Assembly: GCF_006345805.1 (NCBI RefSeq)
Contig: NC_043005.1
Location: 4,960,001 to 5,024,000, forward strand
Direction of reading: 5' to 3'
Source of the DNA: Octopus sinensis
Lineage: Eukaryota
DNA: 64,000 bases
Position numbers and translations under genes: made by a program
Shown here: positions 12,134 to 24,948 of the stretch, in pieces
How the letters are laid out: every line of letters starts with the position of its first letter
Numbering within the stretch: the first letter of the stretch is position 1
Notes under the pieces: generated by a model
The model's database searches: none
The model's input: the letters and a program-made list of their open reading frames with translations, nothing else
Told to the model about the DNA's origin: nothing

Positions 12134-13387
12134 GGAAAAAATTGCAAGATGGATTCTTCTCAAACCAGTTATGTGTGTGTGTGTGCGTGTGTGTGTGTGT
12201 GTGTGTGCGTGTGTGTGTATGTGTGTGTGTGATATTTACCACATGAACTATGATGAAAAAATATGAGAATGATATGATATATAATTTTTTTGTGTAGGGA
12301 TTCCTTGAGGCATGTAATTTATTTTAAGGGTTACGCAAGGGTAAAAAGGTTGAAAAACACTGCCCTAACCACTGAGCCATGTGCCTCCACATTGAGGTGA
12401 GATGCAAAGAGTTTGCAGGCCAGTTCCTCTACAGAGCTTACAACATGCTGGGCATCACAGGGGTCAGTTGGCAGGACATCAGATTGGGTGTGTGAAGGCT
12501 GCAGAGGTTGCCTCAAAGTGGCTGTGGCCCTGAGATGTGAGCCATGCAAGGGACAGAGCTACCCAGGGTAGTGCTAGTTGAATACATGCTGGGGCTTGAT
12601 CAACCCTGGCTTGGTCACTTGTGTGGGAGTGTCTGATGTGAAATGACCTGAAATACCTAATGACCCTTGGAAGCATCACTGTTAGTTAACACTGTTATTG
12701 GTTATCTCTGGACTAACATTACTCGGTAGGGCTTGACAGGGAGTCTCTCTAGGTTGACCCACTACTTACTTCTTCGCATTGAGAGGTCACAGCTGTGATA
12801 CTAGATACTACAGACTTTTGACTGTCATAAAGTGTTTCAGGAAAAACTTGCAAGGTGGCGAGCTGGCAGAATCATTAGCACACCGGGCGAAATGCTTAGC
12901 AGTATTTCGTCTGCCGCTACATTCTGAGTTCAAATTCCGCTGAGGTCGACTTTGCCTTTCATCCTTTTGGGGTCGATTAAATAAGTACCAGTTACGCACT
13001 GGGGGTCGATATAATCGACTTAATCCATTTGTCTGTCCTTGTTTGTTCTCTCTGTGTTTAGCCCATTCTGGGTAGTAAAGAAATAGGAAAAAATTGCAAG
13101 ATGGATTCTTCAAGCCGAGCCAACCAGCAGGAGACCTAGGTGTAGACCATGAATGAAATGGTTGGATTATATCCATAGTCTCAATTGGTCAAGCTTGGGA
13201 ATTCAGCTGGTATGCGTAATGAGGGTTACTTCAGATGGGATCCTATAGAGGAAGTGCCTGAGGATTCTATCCTCAGAACCCTCCTAGGAATAGGGTGCAG
13301 AGATAAAGGACAGAAAGGTATTACCTTGAAATTTAATTCCACAGTTAAAGGGTAACCTCAACTAATTGCTTCCTTCTTTCTCTGCAG

Positions 13388-13600
13388 TGTAACCGAGTGA
13401 AGGCTGCCATTGACTGCTGCATTCAGCTGAATCACTGGAATATGGCCATAGATTTAGCCAGGAAATATTCTATAAAGGACATTGATTCTATGCTAACCAA
13501 ATATATGAGTCACCTTCTGGAGAAAGGACGCACCATGAATGCTGTTGAGCTTTATTGCAAAGCAGGGCACTATTTAGAAGCTGCTAAACTGCTGATGAAG
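13388..13600 (+). CDS. WDR35: WDR35 coding exon
   Basis: tctctgcag acceptor, gtaaaa donor; 213 nt; CNRVKAAIDCCIQLNHWNMAIDLARKYSIKDIDSMLTKYMSHLLEKGRTMNAVELYCKAGHYLEAAKLLMK; phase 0/0. Confidence 0.95.
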
Positions 13601-14597
13601 GTAAAAAAAAAGAACTTGACTTTTTTGTGTGTTATATCCTTATCTGTCCCTGTTCTGTATTGATCTTTTGTTAAATAGGGCTGAGATACATCTCCTCCTG
13701 GGTAGAACACTGGAATATCACAGGCAATCATCATCATCATTTTGACATCCATATTTTCATGCATGTCAAACAAGGTTTATTGAGGCAGGTTTTCTATGAC
13801 CAGTTACCCTTGCTATTTGTGCTAACAGATTGTGATATTTTGGCTTGTTTTCAGTGTTTTCTCATTACTGACAATCATTGTGTTTAGTGGACTTATTCTC
13901 ATCTGGCTCCCAAGCTTACAACACTTGTTCTCCCATCCATAGTACAGTTAGACTCAGGAGTGGCTGTGTGGTAAGTAGCTTGCTTACCAACCACATGGGT
14001 AAGTGTCTTCTACTATAGCCTCGGGCCTACCAAAGCCTTGTGAGTGGATTTGGTAGACGGAAACTGAAAGAAGCCTGACGTATATATGTATATGTATATA
14101 TATGTGTGTTTGTGTGTCTGTGTTTGTCCCCCAACATCACTTGACAACCAATGCTGGTGTGTTTACGTCCCCCGGTTTGGCATAAGATACTGATAGAATA
14201 AGTACTGGGCTTACAAAGAATAAGTTCTGGCATCAATTTGCTCGACTAAAGGTGGTGCTCCAGCATGGCCGCAGTCAAATGACTGAAACAAGTAAAAGAG
14301 TAAAAGAGTAAAGAGTTATATTAGACACAATGCATTTTTTTGACATATTTAAGAATGTATGTCTTATATGCTGAAAAATATGGTGTGTGTATACACACAC
14401 ACACACACACATCAAAAGCAATGGGCTTTTTTTTCAGTTTCCATCAACTGCATTTACTCACAAGGCTTTGGTTGGCTCAGGGCTGTGGTAGAAGACACTT
14501 GCACAAAGTGCTGTGCAGTGGGACTGAACCGGGAATCACATGATTCAGAAGCGAACCTCTCAGCCACAAACAAACATATGTACAGATGTATATGTTA

Positions 14598-14976
14598 TCT
14601 ATAATACATTAAAAGTTAGTTTGAATCTTGCTTGCTTGCAATGTTACCCAGCCAAACTGGAGTATAATGGGGAAAATACTATGAATTAACTTTACCCTGA
14701 AATGTTAATATGAACGCAATGGAAGAAGTTTCGCGTAAATTGGTGCAGCAGTTATTGAGATATTTGGGACTGGGGGGTATAAATACCCAAAACGGTGCAT
14801 AATGAGAAAATGTTCCGAATTTAACTTCATCGTGGAAGGGAAGAAGCTCTAACCTTTTGATGTCACATTTGTTGAAAGCATGCAAAATAATCTGGAAAAG
14901 AAAAAACCCACGAAACTAAACTCCGTTGCTGGGAAACACAGCTTCCCAGTGACCCGACAGGTCACAGGTAGTCTAG
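14598..14976 (+). mobile_element. Non-autonomous Helitron
   Basis: A|TCTATAATA 5' end; GTGACC-cgaca-GGTCAC hairpin (14949-14965) 7 nt before the CTAG|T 3' end; no TSD. Confidence 0.75.
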
Positions 14977-15244
14977 TTTATATATGTATATAGTTGAAAT
15001 TTATAGAAAAACAAAAGATGAAGACAGATGTATGAACAACAAACAAGTGTGTTAGTTTGACACTCTGGAAAAATGAAAAAGTCTTTTACATTTCAAACCT
15101 ATGCTCTTCAACAGAAACGAATAAGAGAAAATAAACAATATATATATATATATATAACATCCACACACACTCACACAGACAGGTGGACATGTAGGCACAT
15201 ATATATATATATATACATATGTATGTATATATATGTATTCATCA

Positions 15245-15280
<36 letters not shown>

Positions 15281-15309
15281 CTCATATAATATATAAATAT
15301 ATATATATA

Positions 15310-15354
<45 letters not shown>

Positions 15355-15399
15355 TATATATGTGTGTCTTATCGTGCGAGTACTTGGCAACTTTGCTGG

Positions 15400-15600
15400 T
15401 GTTGGTGCCATGTAAAAAGCACCCAGTACACTCTGTTAAGTATTAGTAATTAATGTTAGGAAGGACATCCAGCCCTGGAAAGCATGCCAAAGGAAACCTG
15501 GAACCTGATGGAGCTCTCTGGCTCATCTATTCTTGTTGAACCGTCCAACCTTTGCCAGCATGGGAAAAGGATGTGAAACGACGATGATGATGATGATGAT
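15400..15600 (+). mobile_element. Short RTE 3' tail (decayed)
   Basis: gttaggaagg..ccagcatggg..(GAT)n. Other short tails lie at approx. 8790-8973(+), 9108-9291(+), 16372-16568(-), 22045-22520(-), 22700-22996(+), 23833-24045(-), 26480-26745(-), 33225-33492(+), 49527-49722(-) and 59140-59255(+). Confidence 0.7.
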
Positions 15601-17099
15601 CTATACACACACATTATATATCTGAGTGAGAGAACTTAATTAAAACAATGTATTATTTCAACATTCTAAACAACCTCTTCGTATCTTTTGGTGCAGTCAA
15701 TCTATGGAGCAGATGGATAGAGTATATTATTTGGGAAGAAAAAAAAGAATCTAGTTGGTTGAAGAGGAAGGCTGATGGGTTAACCGGCTGTGTAATTTTA
15801 TGCACATGTCAGTGATTGTGTATTTCTACCGCCTGCAACAAACCCCCACCCCACCCCCTACACTCCTCCATCCCCGTGTTACACAGCACTCTTTCAATGC
15901 TCTTCCAAAGCAGTACTCTTTAAACAGACTGTGTCCCACAATGCAATATGGCAGTAACATCTCATTCATCATAAAGACAGGGTCATCACCTTTTCCCTAA
16001 TAAAAAGTGACCCGATTATTACTTATGACAGGTTCCAGTGCATTTTTACTAGCAGAAAGCACCCTAACCCCTTAACATTTAAATTGGCCGTATCTAGCCC
16101 AGATATTCAATTGCTTTTATGTTGAAACAGGTCAGATCTGGTCTCTTGCACCTACCCTACAATGTCACTGCAAAAATAAACAATCACATTGTTGAAATCT
16201 GAAAACTATGAGATAATCTATGATTAATTCAAAGCAATGTGAATAAATAAGCATTACATTTGAGAGAGAAATCTAAATCCTAAAGGGTCAACCCTTTTGA
16301 TACTAACCAACCTGCTTGAAACTGTCTGTGAATCTGTTTTAAAGTTATCTAAATTAAAATTCTTGGGACCGCGCCTGATCTTCCATGCTGGCATGGGTTG
16401 GACAGTTTGACAGGATCTAGCAAGCTGAAGAGCTGCACCAGTTTCCAATTGTCTGTTTTGGCATGGTTTCTACAGCTGGATGCTCTTCCTAACGCCAACC
16501 ACTTTACAGAGTCTGCTGGGTGCTTTTTACATAGCACCAGCACCGGTGCTTTTTATGTGGCACCAGCATGCTTACATATATTTATATTTGTGAGTGAGCA
16601 AACAAATGAAAGGAAAAAGTACTCAACACATTTGGTAGTAGTATATGTATTAGTATTAAAAAAGCAGTTTGATTCAGTTCCATGCAGCATAAAGTTTCAT
16701 AGACACAGCACAGGACCCTTGTTCATCAGTCTGAGGTGAGTGATATGGGGATATGGGAAGGCGGCGAGTTGGCAGAAACGTTAGCATGCCGGGCAAAACG
16801 CTTAGCAGTATTTCGTCTGTCTTTACATTCTTAGTTCAAATTCCGCTGAGGTCGACTTTGCCTTTCATCTTTTCGGAATCGATAAATTAAGTACCAGTTG
16901 TATACAGGGGTCAATCTAATCAACTGGCCACCTCCACCAAAATTTCGGGCCTTGTGCCTAGAGTAGAGAGGAATATGGTACTATGGAGGAAGCCCAAGGG
17001 GGTTACTGGAGAACGGGCTGCTATTGGTCCAGGCAGGTCACATGGTGTTGTTGGTAATATTACTGAAACATCAGATAGAGGTCTTAATATGTATTTCTT

Positions 17100-17315
17100 G
17101 GAAGGCGGCGAGCTGGCAGAAACGTTAGCACGCTGGGTGAAATGCTTAGCAGTATTTTATCTGTCTTTACGTTCTGAGTTCAAATTCTGCCAAAGTTGAC
17201 TTTGCCTTTCATACTTTCGGAGTAGATAAATTAAGTACCAGTTGCATACTGGGTCGATCTAATCAACTGGCCCCCCTCCCCAAAATTTCGGGCCTTGTGC
17301 CTAGAATAGAAAAGC
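17100..17315 (+). mobile_element. tRNA-derived SINE with a 13-bp TSD
   Basis: atatgtatttctt at 17087-17099 and 17316-17328. Confidence 0.8.
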
Positions 17316-17986
17316 ATATGTATTTCTTAGACCTCATGGTCAGGCAGGATGTTGAGGATACCTTGATGTCTAGATAATATGAGTGTAAAATTTAAGTGAC
17401 AACAGCTGCTGGTAAGTGTGTGTGTATCTACTGTATGAATGCATGGATGTGTGTATGTGTTGCATATGTATGTGTGTCTGCTGTGTGTGAGTGTGTGTGT
17501 GTTTGCGCATGTGTTTGTAAGCTGACGTGTGTAAGCTGGTGGCATGAGCTCAATGGTGTGTGAGCAAGTATCAGCTGTGAGTGTGTACTTGTGTAGATAC
17601 ATATGTGGGTGTATGTATCTGCTGTGTGTGTGTGAGTGAACATGCATGTATAGGTGTGTGTGTGTGTGTGTGCAGACATGTAGAGGATGCTTGTACAAGT
17701 GTGTGTGTGATTATATGAATATCTGGTGTGCATGAATATGCTTGTGTCTGTATCTGTATGTGTAATTATGGATGCGTATCTGCATGAATGGGTATGTATG
17801 TGTGTGTATGTGTGCGTATGTGTACCACTGGTATTAGTGTGTATATGAATACACACACATATATATATATATATTATATATATATATCCTTGATCCTTGA
17901 TCTGACAACAATGACAATATATATATATATATGTAATATGTATTTGTGTATATGTAAGTGTTTAAATATATATATATATCTATATA

Positions 17987-18029
<43 letters not shown>

Positions 18030-18031
<2 letters not shown>

Positions 18032-18430
18032 CGGAGGAGTGGGTGTGTGGTAAGTAGCTTGTTTACCAACCACATGGTTTCGGGTTCAGTCCCACTGCGT
18101 GGCACCTTGGGCAAGTGTCTTCTACTATAGCCTCGGGCTGACCAAAGCCTTGTGAGTGGATTTGGTAGACGGAAACTGAAAGAAGCCCGTCGTATATATG
18201 CATATATATATATGTATACGTGTGTGTTTGTGTGTCTGTGTTTGTCCCCCTAGCATTGCTTGACAACCGATGCTGGTGTGTTTATGTCCCCGTCACTTAG
18301 CAGTTCGGCAAAAGAGGCCGATAGAATAAGTATTGGGCTTACAAAGAATAAGACCCGGGGTCGACTTGCTCAATTAAAGGCGGTGCTCCAGTATGGCCGC
18401 AATCAAATGGTTGAAACAAGTAAAAGAGTA
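18030..18430 (+). mobile_element. Full-length CORE-like tRNA SINE
   Basis: Same family as 49931-50371. Confidence 0.8.
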
Positions 18431-18432
18431 TG

Positions 18433-19284
18433 CAGGTGCGATGGGTAAATTGTCATGATCTTATACTTATAATTTTGCGCATGCGCATTGTTTCTTTTTG
18501 ATTTTGTTGACTACACAGTATAGTAGGGTCAGTTTAGGCACCGGCTGTGATAAAAACAGTGTCATGATGCAATTCACTCTGCCAGAAATTTGCAAATGAC
18601 ATGCTGTATTGCTTGGTATTCACACCGGAAGCTCCAATACGAAAATACCAGTGCTTGGGTGTCAGTCTGAGGACATGTACCAAGAGTGCTAAAAGTCAAA
18701 CATCCAGTCAACATCAGGTGTTTGGAGTGATCACTAGTGATGGCAATGCTATGCCTCCATTCATCTTCCTACACGACCTCAAACCAACAAGGAGGCCTAC
18801 ATCAAGTACCTGGAGGAGGTAGTGCTACCCTGAGTGAAGAGGGCAGATGCTAGAAGACCCTATATTGGGCAACAGAACTCTGCGCTATGCCACACAAGCA
18901 GGAGAACCCAGTCGTGGCTGTTGGACAATTTTTGCGACTACATTACCCCTAACATCTGCCCAGCTAACTCCTCAGACTGCAATCCTCCTTGATTATTTTG
19001 TGTAGGGGTGCAGTTGAGTGAGAGACTAACAAAACTCCTTGTAACACCAAAGATGAACTGAAGGCAAGGATTATGGCAGCATTCACCAACTTAAACAAGG
19101 AGACCATCCAGAAGACTTGCAGGAGATTCCAATGTCATCTGGAGGCCGTGGTTGAAGCCAACGGCGATTTTATTGAATAAATTTACTCTTTAGTATTTCA
19201 AGATATTTTTATGTAATTTTGGTAAATATATCTGTTAAAATGAAATGTTGGTGTTATTTTCATTTTTGCGTAATTTAGATGACA
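18433..19284 (+). mobile_element. Internally deleted Tc1/mariner-superfamily element, maT (DD37D)-type
   Basis: KHPVNI.VFGVITSDG, QQ(N)SALCH..SSDCNPLDY with 37 residues between the 2nd and 3rd catalytic positions (one frameshift), and ..EANGDFIE*. Left TIR caggtgcgatgggtaaa; right TIR truncated. Confidence 0.8.
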
Positions 19285-19315
19285 TGTGTGTGTAGATATG
19301 TATGTATATATATAT

Positions 19316-21069
19316 ATAGTCCTCCAGGCAATAACGGAGGAATTCAAGACCGGTTGCCCCTGGGAGCTCCTCTATGCTGACGACCTCGCTCTAATCGCTG
19401 AGTCACTATCAGAACTGGAGAGAAGTTCCAGGTGTGGAAGGAGGGTTTAGAATCGAGGGCCTTAGAGTCAACCTAGCTAAAACCAAAGTACTAATAAGTA
19501 GAAAGGTAGAAAACCCACAAATATCATCAGGAAGATGGCCCTGTTCGATCTGTAGAAAAGGTGTAGGTAGAAACTCTATAAGATGTACCCTGTAAGCTAT
19601 GGACACATAAGAGGTGCAGCAATGTCAAGGTAGGCTAACTGGGAAGATAGTTTTTGTATGCGGCAGGTGCTCTGGAGCACTGACCTCCGAAAATCTGCAG
19701 AAAACAACTTCTGTCACTTTCCGGGGGAAAAACTAGAAGTAGTTGATAGTTTCCGCTATCTAGGTGACCAAGTCAGTAGTGGGGGTGGGTGCGCTGAAAG
19801 TGTAACTGCTAGAATAAGAATAGCCTGGGCAAAGTTTAGGGAGCTCTTACCTCTGCTGGTGACTAAAGGCCTCTCGCTCAGAGTAAAAGGCAGACTGTAT
19901 GATGCATGTGTACGAACAGCTATGCTACATGGCAGTGAAACATGGGCTGTGACTGCTGAGGACATGCGTAAGCTCGTGAGGAACGAAGCCAGTATGCTCC
20001 GATGGATGTGTAATGTCAGTGTACTTACTCGACAGAGCGTTAGTACCTTGAGAGAAATGTTGTACCTAAGAAGCATCAGTTGTTGTGTGCAAGAGAGACG
20101 ATTGCGCTGGTATGGTCATGTGGCGAGAATGGATGAAGAGAGGTGTGTGAGAAGTGCCAATCCCTAGCAGTTGAGGGAACCCGTGGAAGAGTTAGACCCA
20201 GGAAAACCTGGGACGAGGTGGTGAAGCACGACCTTCGGACGTTAGGTCTCACCATGGAAATGACTAGAGACCGAGACCTATGGAAGTATGGGCGTCGTGA
20301 GAAGACCCGGCAAGACTAGTGAAGCCATAATCCTGGCCCCTACCTGGGTCGTAGTCAGTCCACCTGTGCATACCTTCCTTCTTGTGACACTTGTGAGACC
20401 TGTTGAGGCAAGTGAGAATCGAATCGTATCAAATCAATCGAACCAAATCAAAATAGATGAACATCAATGGAATTTGTATCCTTGTGGTACCAGTGCCGGT
20501 GGCACATAAGAAAACCATCCGAACGTGACCGTAGCCAGTACCGCAATGACTGGCCTCCGTGCTGAGGGCACGTAACAAACACCATCCGAGCGTGGCCGTC
20601 CGCCAGCCTCGTCTAGCACCTGTGTCGGTGACACATAAGAAAACACCATCCGAGCGTGGCCGTCTGCCGCCTCGTCTGGCACCTGTGTCGGTGGCACATA
20701 AAAAACACCATCCGAGCGGGCCGTCTGCCAGCCTCGTCTGGCACCTGTGTCGGTGGCACATAAAAAACACCATCCGAGCGTGGCCGTCTGCCAGCCTCGT
20801 CTGGCACTGTGTCGGTGGCACATAAAAAACACCATCCGAGCGTGGCCGTCTGCCAGCCTCGTCTGGCACCTGTGTCGGTGGCACATAAAATCACCCACTA
20901 CACTCTCGGAGTGGTTGGCGTTAGGAAGGGCATCCAGCTGTAGAAACACACTGCCACATCTGACTGGCCTGGTGCAGCCTTCGGGCTTCCCAGACCCCAG
21001 TTGAACCGTCCAACCCATGCTAGCATGGAAAGCGGACGTTAAACGATGATGATGATGATGATGATGATG
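19316..21069 (+). mobile_element. 5'-truncated RTE LINE, near-identical to the 46.8-48.4 kb copy
   Basis: RT 3' half with single-base indels, about 5 tandem ~60-bp UTR units and a (GAT)n tail. Antisense ORF 19756-20076 translates identically to 47607-47927. Confidence 0.92.
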
Positions 21070-21852
21070 TTATTTAGAGATAGTAGTCCCCTTCATCACA
21101 CCATATAAAAGAATTTTAATTTGATACTTACTACTCATTTCTCAGCTACATGTGTTTCTTGAGGTTCTTTTACGGTTCCTTAATCACGCAGTGTTTTACA
21201 GGAACCTTTCTTAAAATGTAACCCCAATCATCAGGCCTCTAAGTAACTTTATTATAGTTCGATACCAAATACTATATTTTAATTTTAACAGATAAGTATG
21301 TGTATGTGTAAATAGATTCGCCGGACCTTACTATGCAAGCCATAATTTAATTCAAATAGAATTAATAAAAATAAAAAATAAAAGAATAAAAAAATCAAAA
21401 ATAATAATTTATAAAAACTAAATTCTCACGTAACTTATGTCTATAAACATTCCTATAAAATTAATAATATGTAGGGATAAAAATAAAATATATACCTGTG
21501 ATGATATAATAATTAAAGCTATGACAAATAAATATATTCGAATAAAAGCTATAGTTAAAAGTGGACATACACAAGTACAGATGACATAAACAATCACATC
21601 ACTGAAACCTCAAAGCTATAAGATAATGTATGATTAATTCAAAACAATTTGAGTAAAAAAATATTGCATTTAACTGAGTAATCTGAACTCTAAAGGGTTA
21701 AGGGTAACGTAAAAGAAATGTCGTAAAAAATATGTACAAACTACCGTTGACTACCATGGTCCTACTACGTATTAATTTCGGCTTAATATTACAAGGCTGA
21801 GCCATTATAGGTAGGATCAACATAAAAAAGTATTCCCTCCGGTGAGAGATAA

Positions 21853-22664
21853 ATATCATTTAATATATACAACAGCAAAAGAGTTACTAGTAGTTTCATG
21901 CTTTGAGATACATCAAATTGGCGGATTTATATAACATGCTATGTATCTCCAAGCTGTCTTTCAGGTTTACTTCTTTGCATTTTTGTTATCCATTTGCTTC
22001 TCGTTTTTACTCATGTTTTCTTATAGACCATTATCATCATCATCATCATCACCATCATCATTGTTTAATGTCCACATTCCACGAGTTGGATGGTTTGACA
22101 GCAATTGGCCAGGCAGGAACCTGCACCAGACTTCTATGTGTTCTGGTAAGGTTTTTTCCAGCTGGATGCCCTTCCTAACATCACCCACCCAGCAGATAGG
22201 ACTGAGTGCTTTTTATGTGGTATAAGTACAGGCGAGGTCAGTTTTGGCAAGGTTTTGACAATTGGATGCCCTTCCAAATGCCAACCAATTTACAGTGTGG
22301 ACTGAATGCTTTTTATGTGACACCTGCACTGGCAGGGTCACCAAGTAACTTGCAGGACAAAGATCTTTTGAGAGGGGAGGAGGTATTAGAGGAGGTGATC
22401 TTGTGTCAGATGATGAAAGGTTATAGTGAGAGACAGAGAGACAGAAACAAGTGTCTTGCTGTAGAGGAGATACGTGGTTACCTGGCCGGAGAGAGAGAGA
22501 GTGAGAGAGATGAGGAATGAGTTTTAAATACACCTAACACTATGAACTGAGCCTGAAATATTGCTTGAAGATAGATGGCATGTTATATAAATCTGCCAAT
22601 TTAATGTCTTTTAAAGCATGAAACTATTTGTTGCTGTTTTGCTGTTGTGTATATTAAATGATAT
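21853..22664. repeat. Fold-back element with ~120-bp imperfect arms and an RTE tail in the spacer
   Basis: atatcatttaatatatacaacagcaaaa..tagtttcatgcttt..ttatataacatgc is inversely repeated at ~22545-22664. Confidence 0.72.
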
Positions 22665-22911
22665 ATGTATATTCATATACATCCACATATATATGTGTGT
22701 GTGTGCCAGTCAGTACTGGCCTGACTGGCTCCCGTGCTGGTGGCATGTAAAAAGCACCCACTATACTCTTGGAGTGGTTGGTGTTAGGAAGGGGCATCCA
22801 GCTGTAGAAACTTTGCCAGATCAGATTGGAGCCTGGTGCAGCCCCCTGGCTTGCCAATCCTCAGTCAAACTGTCCAAACCATGCCAGCATGGAAAGCAGA
22901 TGTTAAATGAA

Positions 22912-22945
<34 letters not shown>

Positions 22946-22950
22946 ATGAT

Positions 22951-22997
<47 letters not shown>

Positions 22998-23536
22998 ACA
23001 AGTAGATAAATAGAGAGTTAGAAAGAAAGAGAGATAGATAGATAGATAGACAGATAGACACACACACACACACACACACACACAGATAGATAGATGGATA
23101 AATAGATAGACAGATAGACACACACATACACACACACACACACACACACAGATAAATAGATAGATAGATACATAGATAAATTTATATGTCAGCAAAAGGT
23201 GACCAAATGATAAAGACAAATGGTGTGATGCTATTCTTTGGACCGAACTTTCATTCCCAGATCATAAATGAACTTTTCATACACCCTCTGGTACCCTAAG
23301 TCTTTTGAAATGCATTGTGACCTCAGTCCAGTTGCATATCAAAGTCACAGATTACGACTCTTCAGGCCACACAGGTCACTGGTGATTTATGCCAGTGGTC
23401 ACTACCAATGGTCCCCTGTTTCATGGCTTGCCTTCAGTGCTGGTTTCCCCCTTCATTAAATTTCTTCATCTATCTTCTGTGCACATTGCTTTTTGTAGAT
23501 GTTGGATGGCCTGCACCTCTTCTTTGTTAACAACTC

Positions 23537-23717
23537 AAGAAGAAGAAGAAGAAGAAGAAGAAGAAGAAGAAGAAGAAGAAGAAGAAGAAGAAGAAGAAGA
23601 AGAAGAAGAAGAAGAAGAAGAAGAAGAAGAAGAAGAAGAAGAAGAAGAAGAAGAGAAGAAGAAGAAGAAGAAGAAGAAGAGGAGGAGGAGGAGGAGGAGG
23701 AGGAGGAGGAGGAGGAG
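23537..23717 (+). repeat. (GAA)n followed by (GGA)n pure-purine microsatellite
   Basis: About 180 nt of purines with one phase slip near 23651. Confidence 0.95.
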
Positions 23718-24393
23718 TTACTCTAGCAACATGTGCAAGCTGAACGACCAACGTCAGTTGATAAAAAAATTATGCCCAGTTTTGCATTACTTTCAATAAA
23801 ATTCTCACATGTGTTTGTGTTTATATACAAGCACATCATCATCATCATCATCGTTTAACGTCCGCTTTCCATGCTGGCATGGGTTGGACGATTTGACTGA
23901 GGACTGGCGAACCAGATGGCTGCACCAGGCTCCAATCTTGATCTGGCAGAGTTTCTACAGCTGGATGCCCTTCCTAATGCCAACCACTCCGAGAGTGTAG
24001 TGGGTGATTTTACGTGCCACCGGCACGAGGGCCAGTTACGTGTGGCATATACATATATATATGTGTGTATGTGTGTATATAAATATATACACTTATATAC
24101 ATATATATTTATATACATATACATATATATATGTACATATGTACATACATACATATATATATACACACACACACACATATATACATACCCTCATATATAT
24201 ACAAACACACACACACGCACATGTATGTATGCACGTGTGTGTATATTTAAACATGCAAATACACATATCATGCATACCCATTCATACATGTACGCACACA
24301 CACACCCACACACACACACACACACACATGCATACACACAAAATACCATACAAATGTGATATGTTGTCTATCTACTTTTTTCATTTTTCACAG

Positions 24394-24534
24394 GAAGCAA
24401 AAAAGATAGCGAAAGTGTCCAAGTTACTTTTGATGAAGAAAGTGTACGTTCTGATAGGTTTACTAATGGAGAAATATCACGAACAGATGAAGTTTAATGT
24501 GAAAGCCAGAAACGAGAAGGGAAAGAAAAGTAAC
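24394..24534 (+). CDS. WDR35: WDR35 coding exon
   Basis: tttttcacag acceptor, gtaagt donor; 141 nt; EAKKIAKVSKLLLMKKVYVLIGLLMEKYHEQMKFNVKARNEKGKKSN (human, recalled: ..KKLYVLSALLIEQYHEQMK..); phase 0/0. Confidence 0.92.
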
Positions 24535-24734
24535 GTAAGTATTCGGATTGTTTTTAATCATGTCCCCTTATTAAATTACATTACTTTCTACTGATAGCAT
24601 ATTGTTTTCAAGAATGCTCAACATTTATGTGTGTGTGTGTGTGTGTATTTATATATATATATCTATATATATGTATACATAATGAATGTATGTATGTGTG
24701 TATCTGTTGTCTGTCTGTGTATTCATATATACAC

Positions 24735-24769
<35 letters not shown>

Positions 24770-24917
24770 TATACATATATACACACACATGTATGTATGT
24801 ATGTATATACATTTATATATTATAAAAACACACATATGTTCTGTAAATGCTACTTTGTAAAAAGATTACCACATGTATGTGTACATATAGAGGAGTTGTA
24901 TATACAATAATGTGTGT

Positions 24918-24948
<31 letters not shown>

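Larger units (their letters stand above)
11207..13110. repeat. Tandem duplication, ~951-bp period
   Basis: caaaccagtta at 11210 and 12161; the copies differ only by small indels that I could see. Confidence 0.9.

Noticed and set aside
17331-17411. AG..GTAAGT-bounded 81-nt candidate cassette exon in a WDR35 intron
   Set aside because: Stops in all three frames and a weak polypyrimidine tract; a poison exon cannot be supported without RNA data.
20640-20700. CCAG-CCTCGT-CTGG in the RTE UTR unit resembles P3/L3 of HDV-like ribozymes
   Set aside because: I could not complete P1, P1.1, P4 and J4/2, and the loop is not conserved in other subfamilies. A descriptor search would settle it.
20600-20890. 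Regular ~60-bp direct repeats superficially like a CRISPR array
   Set aside because: The units are wholly repeated with no unique spacers, lie in a LINE 3' UTR, and the context is eukaryotic with no cas genes.
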